From a bacterium (lineage in GTDB: Bacteria; Zhuqueibacterota; Zhuqueibacteria; Residuimicrobiales; Krinioviventaceae), in contig CAXXMD010000003.1 of assembly GCA_963675755.2 (NCBI GenBank), positions 1,952,001 to 2,016,000 on the forward strand: DNA of 64,000 nucleotides, given 5' to 3'. Below, piece after piece: positions 9,812-19,124 of this stretch; the stretch's first letter is position 1; each line of letters starts with the position of its first letter. A model generated the notes under the pieces. That model was given only the letters and a program-made list of their open reading frames with translations, was not told the DNA's origin and searched no databases. The position numbers and the translations under genes are program-made.

Positions 9812-10582
9812 ATGACAATACATTTTATGAAAAAATCAGCAACATTTATGATCATTGTTCTGTTGATTTTTGCGTGCGATAAAAATCCGTTTGACAGTAA
9901 AGACAATAAAAATGTGGTTAAAATACCAGACCCTGTTGTGGAAAAAGCAATACGGGATGCGCTAAATAAACCTGGTGGAGATATCGAGATTTCGGACCTA
10001 AAGAAAATACAAAGCTTGTTCATTGAGGGACAAGCCAAAACATTGGACGGGATAGAGTATTGTACCGAAATGACGGATCTGGGTATTGGCTATTCTAAAA
10101 TCAAAGATCTGGAGCAGATAAAAAAATTAACAAACCTTCAAAATTTGTATTTGAATTATAATATGATCCTGGATATTTCAGCATTGAGAGATTTGCAAAG
10201 ATTGAAAATGTTATATTTATCACACAATATTATATCTGATATAACACCTATCGCAAATTTGGACTCGATTAAAATTTTAGTGTTATCATATAATAATATC
10301 AGCAGTATCCCAAATTTAAAAAATATGAAACAGCTGGAAATTGCAGCATTTAAGATGAATCATTTGACAACCATAGAACCGTTTCTCAACCTGCCTTGTT
10401 TAGTAAACCTTAACCTTCAAAATAACGATATACGTGATTTATCAATTATTTACAATGCAGTATGGTTGAACACAGGAAAAATGAACAGTATAAACTTGGA
10501 GTCTAATCCATTGGATGATAATTCAATCGAAAATATAATATCCGATTTAAGAGACAAATACTATATCAATATAGTTTACTAA
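9812..10582 (+). CDS. Leucine-rich repeat (internalin-like) lipoprotein
   Basis: Lipobox IFAC, cap IPDPVVEKAIR, LxxLxLxxNxIxDI repeats; GAGGTG RBS. Confidence 0.88.
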   Translation: MTIHFMKKSATFMIIVLLIFACDKNPFDSKDNKNVVKIPDPVVEKAIRDALNKPGGDIEISDLKKIQSLFIEGQAKTLDGIEYCTEMTDLGIGYSKIKDLEQIKKLTNLQNLYLNYNMILDISALRDLQRLKMLYLSHNIISDITPIANLDSIKILVLSYNNISSIPNLKNMKQLEIAAFKMNHLTTIEPFLNLPCLVNLNLQNNDIRDLSIIYNAVWLNTGKMNSINLESNPLDDNSIENIISDLRDKYYINIVY

Positions 10583-10707
10583 ATACATTAAGAATTTGAA
10601 ATGCAACAAGTAATCACAAGGGAACAGAAAACAAAAGTTGATAACATGATTGAATATTTATGATTATTATAATTACAAAAGAAATCGTTTTTTAATGAAA
10701 GGAGCAT

Positions 10708-11169
10708 GTGATGTTGAGCCGTTTAATTCGAGTTTACTTTTTGTTTTTTTCTTGTTTAGTTTTATTTATTGTATTGAATAGTAGCCTTCATGCGCAAAGC
10801 ATATCCGCGCAGATTAAACAAGCGGATTGTGATTTTGAGATTTACTATAAAGATCAAAAACTCGATATAATAAAGCAATTAATCACAAAACGTTGTGCAT
10901 TAATAAATCATTCTGAAGGGGATTATACCTATAATTCTTATTTTTTGGAATTTCAATATAATTCTGAAAGTAAAATTAAAGAAAGAGGGGCTGTTTTAGT
11001 AATACAGTTTTTTTCAAAATCTGGTGAACTATTAATAAAGACAGTATTAAGAGATGAGGAGTGGAAAGAAAATATCGGTAATGGATTGATTAAAAATTTT
11101 TCCCTTAGTCTAATAGATGTGCCTGTTTTTGTACTTGATGATACTTTCAAGATTGTAATTACTAAATAA
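10708..11169 (+). CDS. Hypothetical exported protein
   Basis: 153-aa ORF, AGGAG RBS, signal peptide ending LHA-Q; no recognised family. Confidence 0.7.
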   Translation: MMLSRLIRVYFLFFSCLVLFIVLNSSLHAQSISAQIKQADCDFEIYYKDQKLDIIKQLITKRCALINHSEGDYTYNSYFLEFQYNSESKIKERGAVLVIQFFSKSGELLIKTVLRDEEWKENIGNGLIKNFSLSLIDVPVFVLDDTFKIVITK

Positions 11170-11214
11170 TGTTATTTATAAGAATGAAATTAATGGCATT
11201 TTGACCAGAGTTAG

Positions 11215-11340
11215 TTTGAAGCAAGTAATATACCCAGCGGTATTTATTTTGTTAGAGCAGCAATAACTGATATTGAAAATTCTAACACTGTGCAAACGCT
11301 AACACGGAAAATAACATTGATTAAGTCTTATCTCCTTTAA
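11215..11340 (+). pseudogene. Orphan remnant of a T9SS-type/FlgD-Ig C-terminal sorting domain
   Basis: Reads FEASNIPSGIYFVRAAITDIENSNTVQTLTRKITLIKSYLL*. Preceded in frame by TAG (11212-11214) and has no start codon. Matches the 'ASxLPSGxYFxR...xKxxLxK' C-terminal signature. Confidence 0.65.
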
Positions 11341-11482
11341 AATTTACTGAAACGTTTTGCAATCAAACCACATTCAAGCATGTACAGCTCCCTTTTGTTT
11401 TACCTAAATTTATCTTTTAACTCTTTTTTATTTTTTTTATATTATAGATTGAATCGCTTATAATTAGATTTAATATAACGAA

Positions 11483-13513
11483 ATGAAAGAGGGTAAAATG
11501 AAAAATATTGAAGGCATGACTATAGAAGAGTTGTGTATAAATACGATTCGTACTTTATCTATGGATGGTGTACAGGCTGCAAATTCCGGGCACCCGGGCA
11601 CACCTATGGCGCTGGCCCCGGTTGTTTATACCTTGTTCAGCCGTTTCATGAGATATAATCCGAAAAATCCGGATTGGTTCAACCGCGACCGCTTTGTACT
11701 TTCTGCCGGTCACGCTTCTATGTTGATCTATTCTATTCTGCATATTGCCGGTTACGATCTGCCATTGGAAGAATTGACAAAATTCCGCAGATTGGGAAGT
11801 AAAACTCCGGGACACCCCGAATTTGGTATGACCCCGGGTGTTGAGACTACTACTGGTCCGTTGGGACAAGGCCTGTCAAACTCTGTAGGTTTTGCTATTG
11901 CTGAAGCACATTTGGCATCTGTTTATAATACTGCTGAACATAAAATTGTTGATCATAATACCTATGCAATCTGTGGCGATGGCGACATGATGGAAGGTAT
12001 TTCTCACGAAGCTGCTTCTCTTGCAGGGCATTTGGGTCTTGGAAAATTGACCTGGATTTATGATGACAACCATATTACCATTGAAGGTAAAACCGATCTT
12101 GCTTTTTCTGACAATACCGCAAAACGTTTTGAAGGATACAATTGGCATGTGATTAATGTTGGTGATAATGCCAATGATGTTGATACCCTTGAAAAAGCTG
12201 TCAAAGAAGCCCAGTCCGTAACTGACAAACCGTCATTGATCATTGTTCGTACCCATATCGGTTATGGTTCTCCCAACTTTGTTGACACTTCTACGGCACA
12301 CGGTGCACCACTTGGTGAAGAAGAAATTAAATTAACCAAAAAAGCATATGGCTGGCCTGAAGATGAACATTTTCTGGTACCTGATGATGTGTATTCACAT
12401 ATGGCACAATTTGCTGATAAAGGTAAAGAAACTGAAAACGGCTGGAACGAAATTTTTGCCGCTTATGAAAAAGCAAATCCTGAATTGGCTGCACAGTTTA
12501 AAGCTGCGCTCAAAGGCGAACTTGCTTCCGATTGGGATGCATTGATTCCCACATTTACTCCTGAAGATGGAGCTCCGGCAACCCGTTCAACTTCTGGTAA
12601 AGTATTAAATGCTATTGCAGACAAGGTTCCTTTTCTTGCTGGCGGAAGTGCAGACTTGAATCCGTCAACCAATACATTTTTAAAGAATTCCAGTTATACT
12701 GCCAAAGGCGCGTATGAAAACCGTAACGTGGCTTTTGGTGTACGTGAATTTGTTATGGCAGGTGCCGCAAATGGAATGGCGCTTCATGGCGGTTTACGTC
12801 CATTTATCAGTACATTCTTTGTTTTCTCTGACTATGCGCGTCCGGCCATTCGCCTGGCAGCAATTATGAAACAACCGGTAATCTGTGTATTCACTCACGA
12901 TTCCATTGGTGTTGGCGAAGACGGTCCTACCCATCAGCCGGTAGAACAAATGTCATCATTCCGTTGTATGCCCAATGTTCATGTGTATCGCCCTGGTGAT
13001 GCAAACGAAGTTGCCTGGGCATGGCGAGCCGCTATGCAGCGTACTGATGGTCCCACACTGTTGTTGATGACCCGTCAAGGCGTACCTGTAATTGATCAGA
13101 ACAAATATGCTTCTGCTGAAGGTGTGCTCAAAGGTGGTTATGTTGTATCAAAAGAAAAAGGTGCAAAACCGGACATCATTTTGATTGGTACCGGATCAGA
13201 ACTGTCGCTGGCAATGGGTGCTCAGGAAGAACTGGCCAAAGCCAATATCGATGCCCGCGTAGTGAGTATACCTTGTATGGAACAATTCCGCGCGCAATCA
13301 AAAGAATATCGTGATTCTGTATTGTTACCGGATGTAAAAACACGCCTTGCTGTTGAAGCTGGTGTTTCTTTTGGATGGCAGGAATGGATTGGCGATGAAG
13401 GCCAGGTCATTTCAATCGACCGTTTTGGCGATAGTGGTCCATACAAAGAAGTATTGCCGCATTTTGGTTTTTCTGTAGAAAATGTTGTAGAAACTGCTAA
13501 AAAAATGTGTTAA
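11483..13513 (+). CDS. tkt: Transketolase
   Basis: SGHPG, LSAGHAS, TPGHPE, TTGPLGQG, GDGDMMEG, THDSIGVGEDGPTHQP. True start may be 11498. Confidence 0.98.
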   Translation: MKEGKMKNIEGMTIEELCINTIRTLSMDGVQAANSGHPGTPMALAPVVYTLFSRFMRYNPKNPDWFNRDRFVLSAGHASMLIYSILHIAGYDLPLEELTKFRRLGSKTPGHPEFGMTPGVETTTGPLGQGLSNSVGFAIAEAHLASVYNTAEHKIVDHNTYAICGDGDMMEGISHEAASLAGHLGLGKLTWIYDDNHITIEGKTDLAFSDNTAKRFEGYNWHVINVGDNANDVDTLEKAVKEAQSVTDKPSLIIVRTHIGYGSPNFVDTSTAHGAPLGEEEIKLTKKAYGWPEDEHFLVPDDVYSHMAQFADKGKETENGWNEIFAAYEKANPELAAQFKAALKGELASDWDALIPTFTPEDGAPATRSTSGKVLNAIADKVPFLAGGSADLNPSTNTFLKNSSYTAKGAYENRNVAFGVREFVMAGAANGMALHGGLRPFISTFFVFSDYARPAIRLAAIMKQPVICVFTHDSIGVGEDGPTHQPVEQMSSFRCMPNVHVYRPGDANEVAWAWRAAMQRTDGPTLLLMTRQGVPVIDQNKYASAEGVLKGGYVVSKEKGAKPDIILIGTGSELSLAMGAQEELAKANIDARVVSIPCMEQFRAQSKEYRDSVLLPDVKTRLAVEAGVSFGWQEWIGDEGQVISIDRFGDSGPYKEVLPHFGFSVENVVETAKKMC

Positions 13514-13526
13514 TTATACAATACAA

Positions 13527-13561
13527 ACCGGTCTGGCAAATCATGCCGGACCGGTATTTTT
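13527..13561 (+). terminator. Rho-independent terminator of tkt
   Basis: accggtctggca-aatca-tgccggaccggt followed by a T-run. Confidence 0.85.
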
Positions 13562-13619
13562 CACCGGGTTACTTTTCTTAAAAATTTAATATAGATCATT
13601 CTTTAGCTGTTGAGGTCTG

Positions 13620-15503
13620 GTGGACCAAAATTTATTACATATTTTGCATGAATACCGGCAAGAGATCCTTTCGCAATGGGAAGAACGGGTATATATTATT
13701 CTGCCAAATTGGGAAAAAGATCGCGTTCACCGGCTAGTTGAATATTTAATGAATCTACTGGAATGCTATTTAAAAGACCCGGATGTTGAAATTGTATTGG
13801 AACATGTTGAAAAAATTATCAACGCTTTTTTCCTTTCCCTTTCTGAAGCTCCTAAACAAATTGTAGATCCACTGCTGGTTAGCCGATATGTGATGCTGTC
13901 TGTAATGGCACATACCAGTGGTAAAGAGATGAACAGTCTTGAGACCTTTGGTCAGATTAATGATATTTTTGATCCACTGATCCGGACGATTAGTGTGCAT
14001 TTTAAAGCCAAATCCAAAAGTAAAATTGAAAAATTGCCGCGTGATTATACAAGGGCGTCACAAATTGGGCTGTTGACACTGGATTTTGCCGGCATTGGAC
14101 TGTTTATGCTGGACAAACATCTCAATTTCATCCATTGGACGGATGGCCTGGAACGTATTTTTGGTATCAAAGCTGTTCAGGTTCTTGGTAAAAACATTGT
14201 ACAGTCTTTTCCTGATCTGCAAAAAGAACGCAAGCTGTTCAGCACCATAGAAAAAGCCATGAACGACAATCGCGAGTTTGCTTTGTTTGAGGTAAAACAC
14301 AAACACGTATCAGACAAAGAGCTGATTGTCAATTACAAGATTGCCCCCCTGCGGGATGAATACAGACATGTCATTGGCGTATCTGTATTGTGTCATGATA
14401 TTACCGAGCACCGCAAAGGCCAACTGGCATTAAAACGGTACGAACAATATTTTGAAAATATTCTCAATGATGCTGCCGATGCTTTGATTATTCTGAACGA
14501 GAATGACCGTATTGTGATGTGGAACCGCGCCGCGGAAAATATATATGGCTGGGAAGAAGAAGAGGTTATTGGTAAATCAATCAGCCTGATTGTTCCGGAT
14601 GATTTGAAATCTCAGCACGAGATTGAAAAAATCAATGCCATTGTCAGGAATAAAGGATTTTTAAAAAACTTTAGGACCCAGCGCCTGACCCGTGACGGAC
14701 GAAAGATTGTTATTGAAGTAACACGCACGGCCATTTTGAATGAGCGTAACGATTATATTGGCAGTAGTGTGATTGCCCGTGATATGACCCAGCAGGAACA
14801 ACTGCGGCAGCAACTTATTCAATCTGAAAAACTTTCTGCTGTGGGAACCCTTGCCGCCGGTATAGCTCATGAAGTGGGCTCTCCTCTGAATTCCATTTCC
14901 TCATTGACCCAGTTGCTGAGTTTTCAGATTGACAATCCTGAATTTAAGGAAAAGGTGTCACTGATTCAGCAGAATATTGACCGAATATCCCGAACTGTAA
15001 AAACACTGGTTGATTTCTCTCGTCCCATTCATCACAAAATTGAAGATATCTATATCAATCATGTCATAGAGCAGGTTATCCGCATAATCAAATATGACAA
15101 GCGTTTAAAACATCAGACCATTCAAACCGAGCTTGAGGCTAAAATTCCGCTGGTCACTGCCAGTTTTGATCAACTGTTGCAGGTTTTGATAAATATCTGT
15201 TTAAATGCCGCAGATGCAATGGAAAATCAAAAGGATGGCGCACTTTTAATAAAATCCTGGAATGATCAGTCAATGGTTTTTGTATCTGTTACTGATAATG
15301 GCAGTGGAATTGAAGAAAAAGACCAGGCCCATATTTTTGAGCCTTTTTATTCTACCAAAGACAAGGGTAAAGGAACTGGTTTAGGTTTGTGGGTGAGTTA
15401 TAATATCATGACGAGTTTTTTAGGCAATATTACAGTTGACAGCCGGGTTGGTGAATTTACCACGTTTACCATATCTTTGCCTATTGCTATCAGGGAGGAG
15501 TAG
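13620..15503 (+). CDS. PAS-domain histidine kinase (NtrB/AtoS-like) with an RsbRD_N-like N-terminus
   Basis: AAGIAHEVGSPL H-box, NICLNAADA, DNGSGI, FEPFYSTK, GTGLGL; two PAS domains; no transmembrane helix seen. Confidence 0.92.
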   Translation: MDQNLLHILHEYRQEILSQWEERVYIILPNWEKDRVHRLVEYLMNLLECYLKDPDVEIVLEHVEKIINAFFLSLSEAPKQIVDPLLVSRYVMLSVMAHTSGKEMNSLETFGQINDIFDPLIRTISVHFKAKSKSKIEKLPRDYTRASQIGLLTLDFAGIGLFMLDKHLNFIHWTDGLERIFGIKAVQVLGKNIVQSFPDLQKERKLFSTIEKAMNDNREFALFEVKHKHVSDKELIVNYKIAPLRDEYRHVIGVSVLCHDITEHRKGQLALKRYEQYFENILNDAADALIILNENDRIVMWNRAAENIYGWEEEEVIGKSISLIVPDDLKSQHEIEKINAIVRNKGFLKNFRTQRLTRDGRKIVIEVTRTAILNERNDYIGSSVIARDMTQQEQLRQQLIQSEKLSAVGTLAAGIAHEVGSPLNSISSLTQLLSFQIDNPEFKEKVSLIQQNIDRISRTVKTLVDFSRPIHHKIEDIYINHVIEQVIRIIKYDKRLKHQTIQTELEAKIPLVTASFDQLLQVLINICLNAADAMENQKDGALLIKSWNDQSMVFVSVTDNGSGIEEKDQAHIFEPFYSTKDKGKGTGLGLWVSYNIMTSFLGNITVDSRVGEFTTFTISLPIAIREE

Positions 15504-16865
15504 ATGGCTACCCATGTGCTGATTGTGGATGATGATTATATCACCCGTGAAAGTTTGTGTACAGTTTTGGGGAACCGGGGGTTCTTGTGCCGTCAGGCTG
15601 AAAACGGCAGAATTGCACTTGAAGAAATCAAAGAATTTGAATTTGACGTGGTTATAACCGATCTTGAAATGCCCGAGCTGAATGGGATGGAGCTGATGGA
15701 ACAGGCTTCGGTGATCAGGCCGCGATTGTCATTTATTCTTATTACTGCATATGCTTCCATAGAAACCGCTATAGAAGCACTGCGAAAAGGCGCTTATGAT
15801 TATCTGTTAAAACCCCTCAATCTTGAAGACGTTGCCATCAAAATCCGTAAATTGGTAGAGCACAAGGAACTGGTGTACGAAAACCAGGTGCTGCGCCAGG
15901 AAATACACTCACAGTATGATTATAATAATATTATTGGACAAAGTGCTGCCATAAAAAAAATATTCGGTACCATTAATAAAGTATCTGATAGTGAAAGTAA
16001 TGTACTCATCTCCGGAAAAAGCGGTACCGGCAAGGAACTGGTCGCGCGTGCAATCCATTATAACAGCCGTCACCGGTCCGGACGCTTTGTAGCGGTTAAT
16101 TGCGGTGCGGTAACCGAAACTCTGATGGAAAGTGAATTGTTTGGTCACAAAAAGGGATCCTTTACCGGGGCAGTTGCAGACAAGGAAGGTTTGTTCATGG
16201 CTGCGCACCGGGGAACATTGTTTCTGGACGAGATAGGGGAAATGTCGCTTTCCGCGCAAGCCAAATTGTTACGCGCCATTGAAACCAAAACCGTGCTTCC
16301 CGTGGGTTCAACGCAGCCCGAGACCGTACATATTCGTATCATTGCGGCAACCAACCGGGAATTGATCAAAGAGGTAGAGGCTGGTAATTTTCGGGAGGAC
16401 TTGTTTTATCGGTTAAATGTAATTGAGATCAATCTTCCTTCTCTTACAGAAAGAAAAGACGATATACCCTTGCTGGTTGATCATTTTATTCAAAAATACA
16501 ATCGTCAGATGAATAAACGTGTTACCGGGGTGAGCAGAGAATTGCTGGAACAGCTTGTGCACAGGACCTGGGAGGGTGAAGTGCGAGAACTGGAGAATTT
16601 TATAGAAAGACTGATGATCTTTGCCAGAGGAACTGAACTGGTGCTGGATGAGATTCCCGCCGGACTGTTTGAAAATCAAAAAGTGACTGTGTTTAGTCCG
16701 CAAACGGATAATTTAAAATCCGCGGTTGAACAGTTTGAAAAACAGTTTATTACGTCTCAATTGGAAAAGTTTGATCATCACCGGGGTAAAACCGCCAAAG
16801 CTCTGGGTATTGGCGAAGCGACGTTGTATAGAAAAATGGGGCAATTGGGCATAGATGCCGGCTAA
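15504..16865 (+). CDS. Sigma54-dependent response regulator (NtrC/AtoC family)
   Basis: Receiver domain (VDDD, TDLEMP, KP), GKSGTGKE, ESELFGH, GSFTGA, FLDEIGE, FREDLFYRLNV, Fis-type HTH; abuts the kinase. Confidence 0.95.
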   Translation: MATHVLIVDDDYITRESLCTVLGNRGFLCRQAENGRIALEEIKEFEFDVVITDLEMPELNGMELMEQASVIRPRLSFILITAYASIETAIEALRKGAYDYLLKPLNLEDVAIKIRKLVEHKELVYENQVLRQEIHSQYDYNNIIGQSAAIKKIFGTINKVSDSESNVLISGKSGTGKELVARAIHYNSRHRSGRFVAVNCGAVTETLMESELFGHKKGSFTGAVADKEGLFMAAHRGTLFLDEIGEMSLSAQAKLLRAIETKTVLPVGSTQPETVHIRIIAATNRELIKEVEAGNFREDLFYRLNVIEINLPSLTERKDDIPLLVDHFIQKYNRQMNKRVTGVSRELLEQLVHRTWEGEVRELENFIERLMIFARGTELVLDEIPAGLFENQKVTVFSPQTDNLKSAVEQFEKQFITSQLEKFDHHRGKTAKALGIGEATLYRKMGQLGIDAG

Positions 16866-16866
16866 C

Positions 16867-17102
16867 CGTGAACAGCAGGGGATACTGACCGCCCACGAAA
16901 TATACGAATACACACGTAAAATATAATTGTTATTTGACCTGCATCTGTCAGGCAAATTTGTCCTATTTTGATTGCGATGCAGATTTTTACATCGCGGAAT
17001 AGATTTAAGGGACATTCGTCCCGTTATATTTTTGTATTCAACCAGGACAAATGTCCGGATATATGTTCCGCCCGGTATCCACCAAATGGCGGATACCAGG
17101 CA
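16867..17102 (-). ncRNA. Candidate structured RNA or non-autonomous element (unassigned)
   Basis: Six local hairpins plus a long-range helix (16906-16926 with 17024-17039). In three stems the mismatches become GU pairs only on the minus strand. No known RNA family recognised. Confidence 0.4.
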
Positions 17103-17172
17103 ATGATATGTATAAATTTTAAGAGAATGATTTGTGTTTCAGATCGGATAGGTTCATTTCGTCTCCCGTCAA

Positions 17173-17586
17173 CTATTCACCCATCACTTTAATAATAACC
17201 CGTTTACGGCGCTGGCCGTCAAATTCCGCGTAATAGACCTGCTGCCAGGGGCCCAGATCCAGTTTGCCATCGGTAACCGGGAGAATGACCTGGTGATGCA
17301 TGAGCAGGCTTTTCAGGTGAGCGTCTCCGTTTACTTCACCGGTACGATGGTGGCGATAGTCAACACCATCCGGAGCAAGGTGCTGCAGCCAGTCTTCAAT
17401 ATCCTGAATCAATCCGGATTCCGCATCGTTCACATATACCGCGGCGGTAATATGCATGGCAGAGATGAGCACCATTCCTTCTTTTATACCGCTCTCTCTT
17501 AGCGATGTTTCAACTTCATGGGTTATATTGATGAATTCACGATGTTTTTGGGTATTGAACCATAGATAACGGGTGTTGAATTTCAT
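17173..17586 (-). CDS. yjbQ: UPF0047 secondary thiamine-phosphate synthase-like protein
   Basis: [32 protein letters not shown]. Confidence 0.92.
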   Translation of the reverse strand: MKFNTRYLWFNTQKHREFINITHEVETSLRESGIKEGMVLISAMHITAAVYVNDAESGLIQDIEDWLQHLAPDGVDYRHHRTGEVNGDAHLKSLLMHHQVILPVTDGKLDLGPWQQVYYAEFDGQRRKRVIIKVMGE

Positions 17587-17595
17587 GTTTTTCTC

Positions 17596-18090
17596 CTAAG
17601 CTTCCAGTATGAGGGATTCGCGTTCAAATACGTGTTGATTAAAATTGTCTATAAAGTCCTGTATGTGTATCAATAGATTCTCAAGATCATTGACCGTTGG
17701 AGCCACAGCCAGCAGTTCCAGCTCTTGTTTCAAGGTTTCAATTTCATCGTACATGATCATTTCACATTCGTAAATCTGGTCCAGTAGATTGTTTCGCAAT
17801 CCATTTTTGTTGAAAAAAAAGGCCCCGTGGTATGTGGGGTGTTTCAGGCTTTCGCTCAATACCAAAATGCCCTTTTTTAACTTTTTGGCCTTGTTGCGCA
17901 GTGTACTGCTTTGCACAGAAAAATCGATTTTGACATACTTTATCAGTGCTCCAATTTCATTTATCAGAAATTGCCGAAATGATATGTCTGTTTTTTCCCG
18001 TAACCCGGGTTGCTCATAACCGGAAAAGCCGTTAATGCCTGCAAGCAGTTTCTTGTATGCGGCATCAGTAGTAGTTGTTGATGTTGTCAT
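17596..18090 (-). CDS. Hypothetical helical protein
   Basis: 164-aa ORF with GGAG RBS, co-oriented with yjbQ. Confidence 0.7.
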   Translation of the reverse strand: MTTSTTTTDAAYKKLLAGINGFSGYEQPGLREKTDISFRQFLINEIGALIKYVKIDFSVQSSTLRNKAKKLKKGILVLSESLKHPTYHGAFFFNKNGLRNNLLDQIYECEMIMYDEIETLKQELELLAVAPTVNDLENLLIHIQDFIDNFNQHVFERESLILEA

Positions 18091-18223
18091 ACAAGCGCTC
18101 CTGTAAAAATTAAAGTGTTAAATTCTTAACCCGGTCAATCTGTTACGGGACCAGCAGTGTACAATATTTTTGATATATATAAATAAAAACGACAATTCAG
18201 GCAGCGGTAAGATAAAAATCGAG

Positions 18224-19120
18224 TTAATCCGGGATTGATTGTTCTGTATATTTTTCATTCAGTAATACTACAACAACACCGCATAATAAAATAATCCCAC
18301 CAATCATTTTATATACTGGCAACGGTTCATTCAGCAGCAGCCAGGCCAATAATGACGACCCCACCGCTTCACCCAGGGTAAGAATGGCAACGGTGGCGGC
18401 TGAAAAATATTTCAACGCCCAATTCAAACTGGTGTGACCAATAACCTGGGGTATAAAAGCGATGGCAATTAATACCAGTAAGGCTTCTCTGTTGTAATCA
18501 ATCAGTATTTGGGGTTGGGTGAAAAGAATATAAATCAAAAGGATTACGGCGGCAGCCCCATACACCCACACAACGTATTGAAATGTGTTCATTGATCGTC
18601 TCAATTTACGTCCCATCAGGAAGTACCCCGAAGCTCCCAACGCACCCAATACAGCCAGGGCATTTCCAAAAACAGCGGTGTTTTGAAATTTTGCATCGTA
18701 ACCGGCAATGATCATTCCACCTGTAATTGCAATAACAATTCCTATAGTGCCTTTCCAGTGGAGTCGTTCTTTTAAAAAGACGGCACTGCCTATGGCTACA
18801 AAAATTGGAGAGGTCTGCACCAGCACCACTGAGCTTGCTACGGTAGTATAGCTGAGAGAGGTGATCCATGTTGCAAAATGAAAGGCAAGAAACGCACCGG
18901 ACAATACCGCCCATTTTATATCGTGAATTGAAACTTTGAGCAGTGACTTTTGGGTTATGCCTGCTACTCCTGTATAGAATATAGAGGCCAGCCCAACACG
19001 ATATACGGCAATAACCAGTGGAGCGGCATCGCACAAACGTATCAATATGGATGCGGAAGAGAGAGCCAGTATGCCAATAGAGATTACCAGCCCGGCGATT
19101 TTTTTATGATTGTCATGCAT
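18224..19120 (-). CDS. DMT/EamA family transporter
   Basis: About 10 hydrophobic segments; FLAFHFATWITSL, GHTSLNWAL. Confidence 0.92.
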   Translation of the reverse strand: MHDNHKKIAGLVISIGILALSSASILIRLCDAAPLVIAVYRVGLASIFYTGVAGITQKSLLKVSIHDIKWAVLSGAFLAFHFATWITSLSYTTVASSVVLVQTSPIFVAIGSAVFLKERLHWKGTIGIVIAITGGMIIAGYDAKFQNTAVFGNALAVLGALGASGYFLMGRKLRRSMNTFQYVVWVYGAAAVILLIYILFTQPQILIDYNREALLVLIAIAFIPQVIGHTSLNWALKYFSAATVAILTLGEAVGSSLLAWLLLNEPLPVYKMIGGIILLCGVVVVLLNEKYTEQSIPD

Positions 19121-19124
19121 TAGA

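Noticed and set aside
10583-11340. Integron cassette array interpretation of the AT-rich islet
   Set aside because: No attC-like RYYYAAC...GTTRRRY palindromes after the genes and no integrase.
13534-13547. TGGCA...TGC resembling a sigma54 promoter before the kinase
   Set aside because: The GG-GC spacing is 8 rather than 10 nt, and it is part of the tkt terminator stem.
16867-17172. Possible RNase P, tmRNA, group I/II intron or hammerhead identity for the structured element
   Set aside because: No GAGGAAAGUCC, tRNA-like ends, domain V or CUGANGA/GAAA core found by eye.
16713-17192. ORFs 16713-17015 (-) and 16968-17192 (+) across the structured intergenic region
   Set aside because: No RBS or protein-like features, and both overlap real genes. 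The extensive base-pairing explains the region better.
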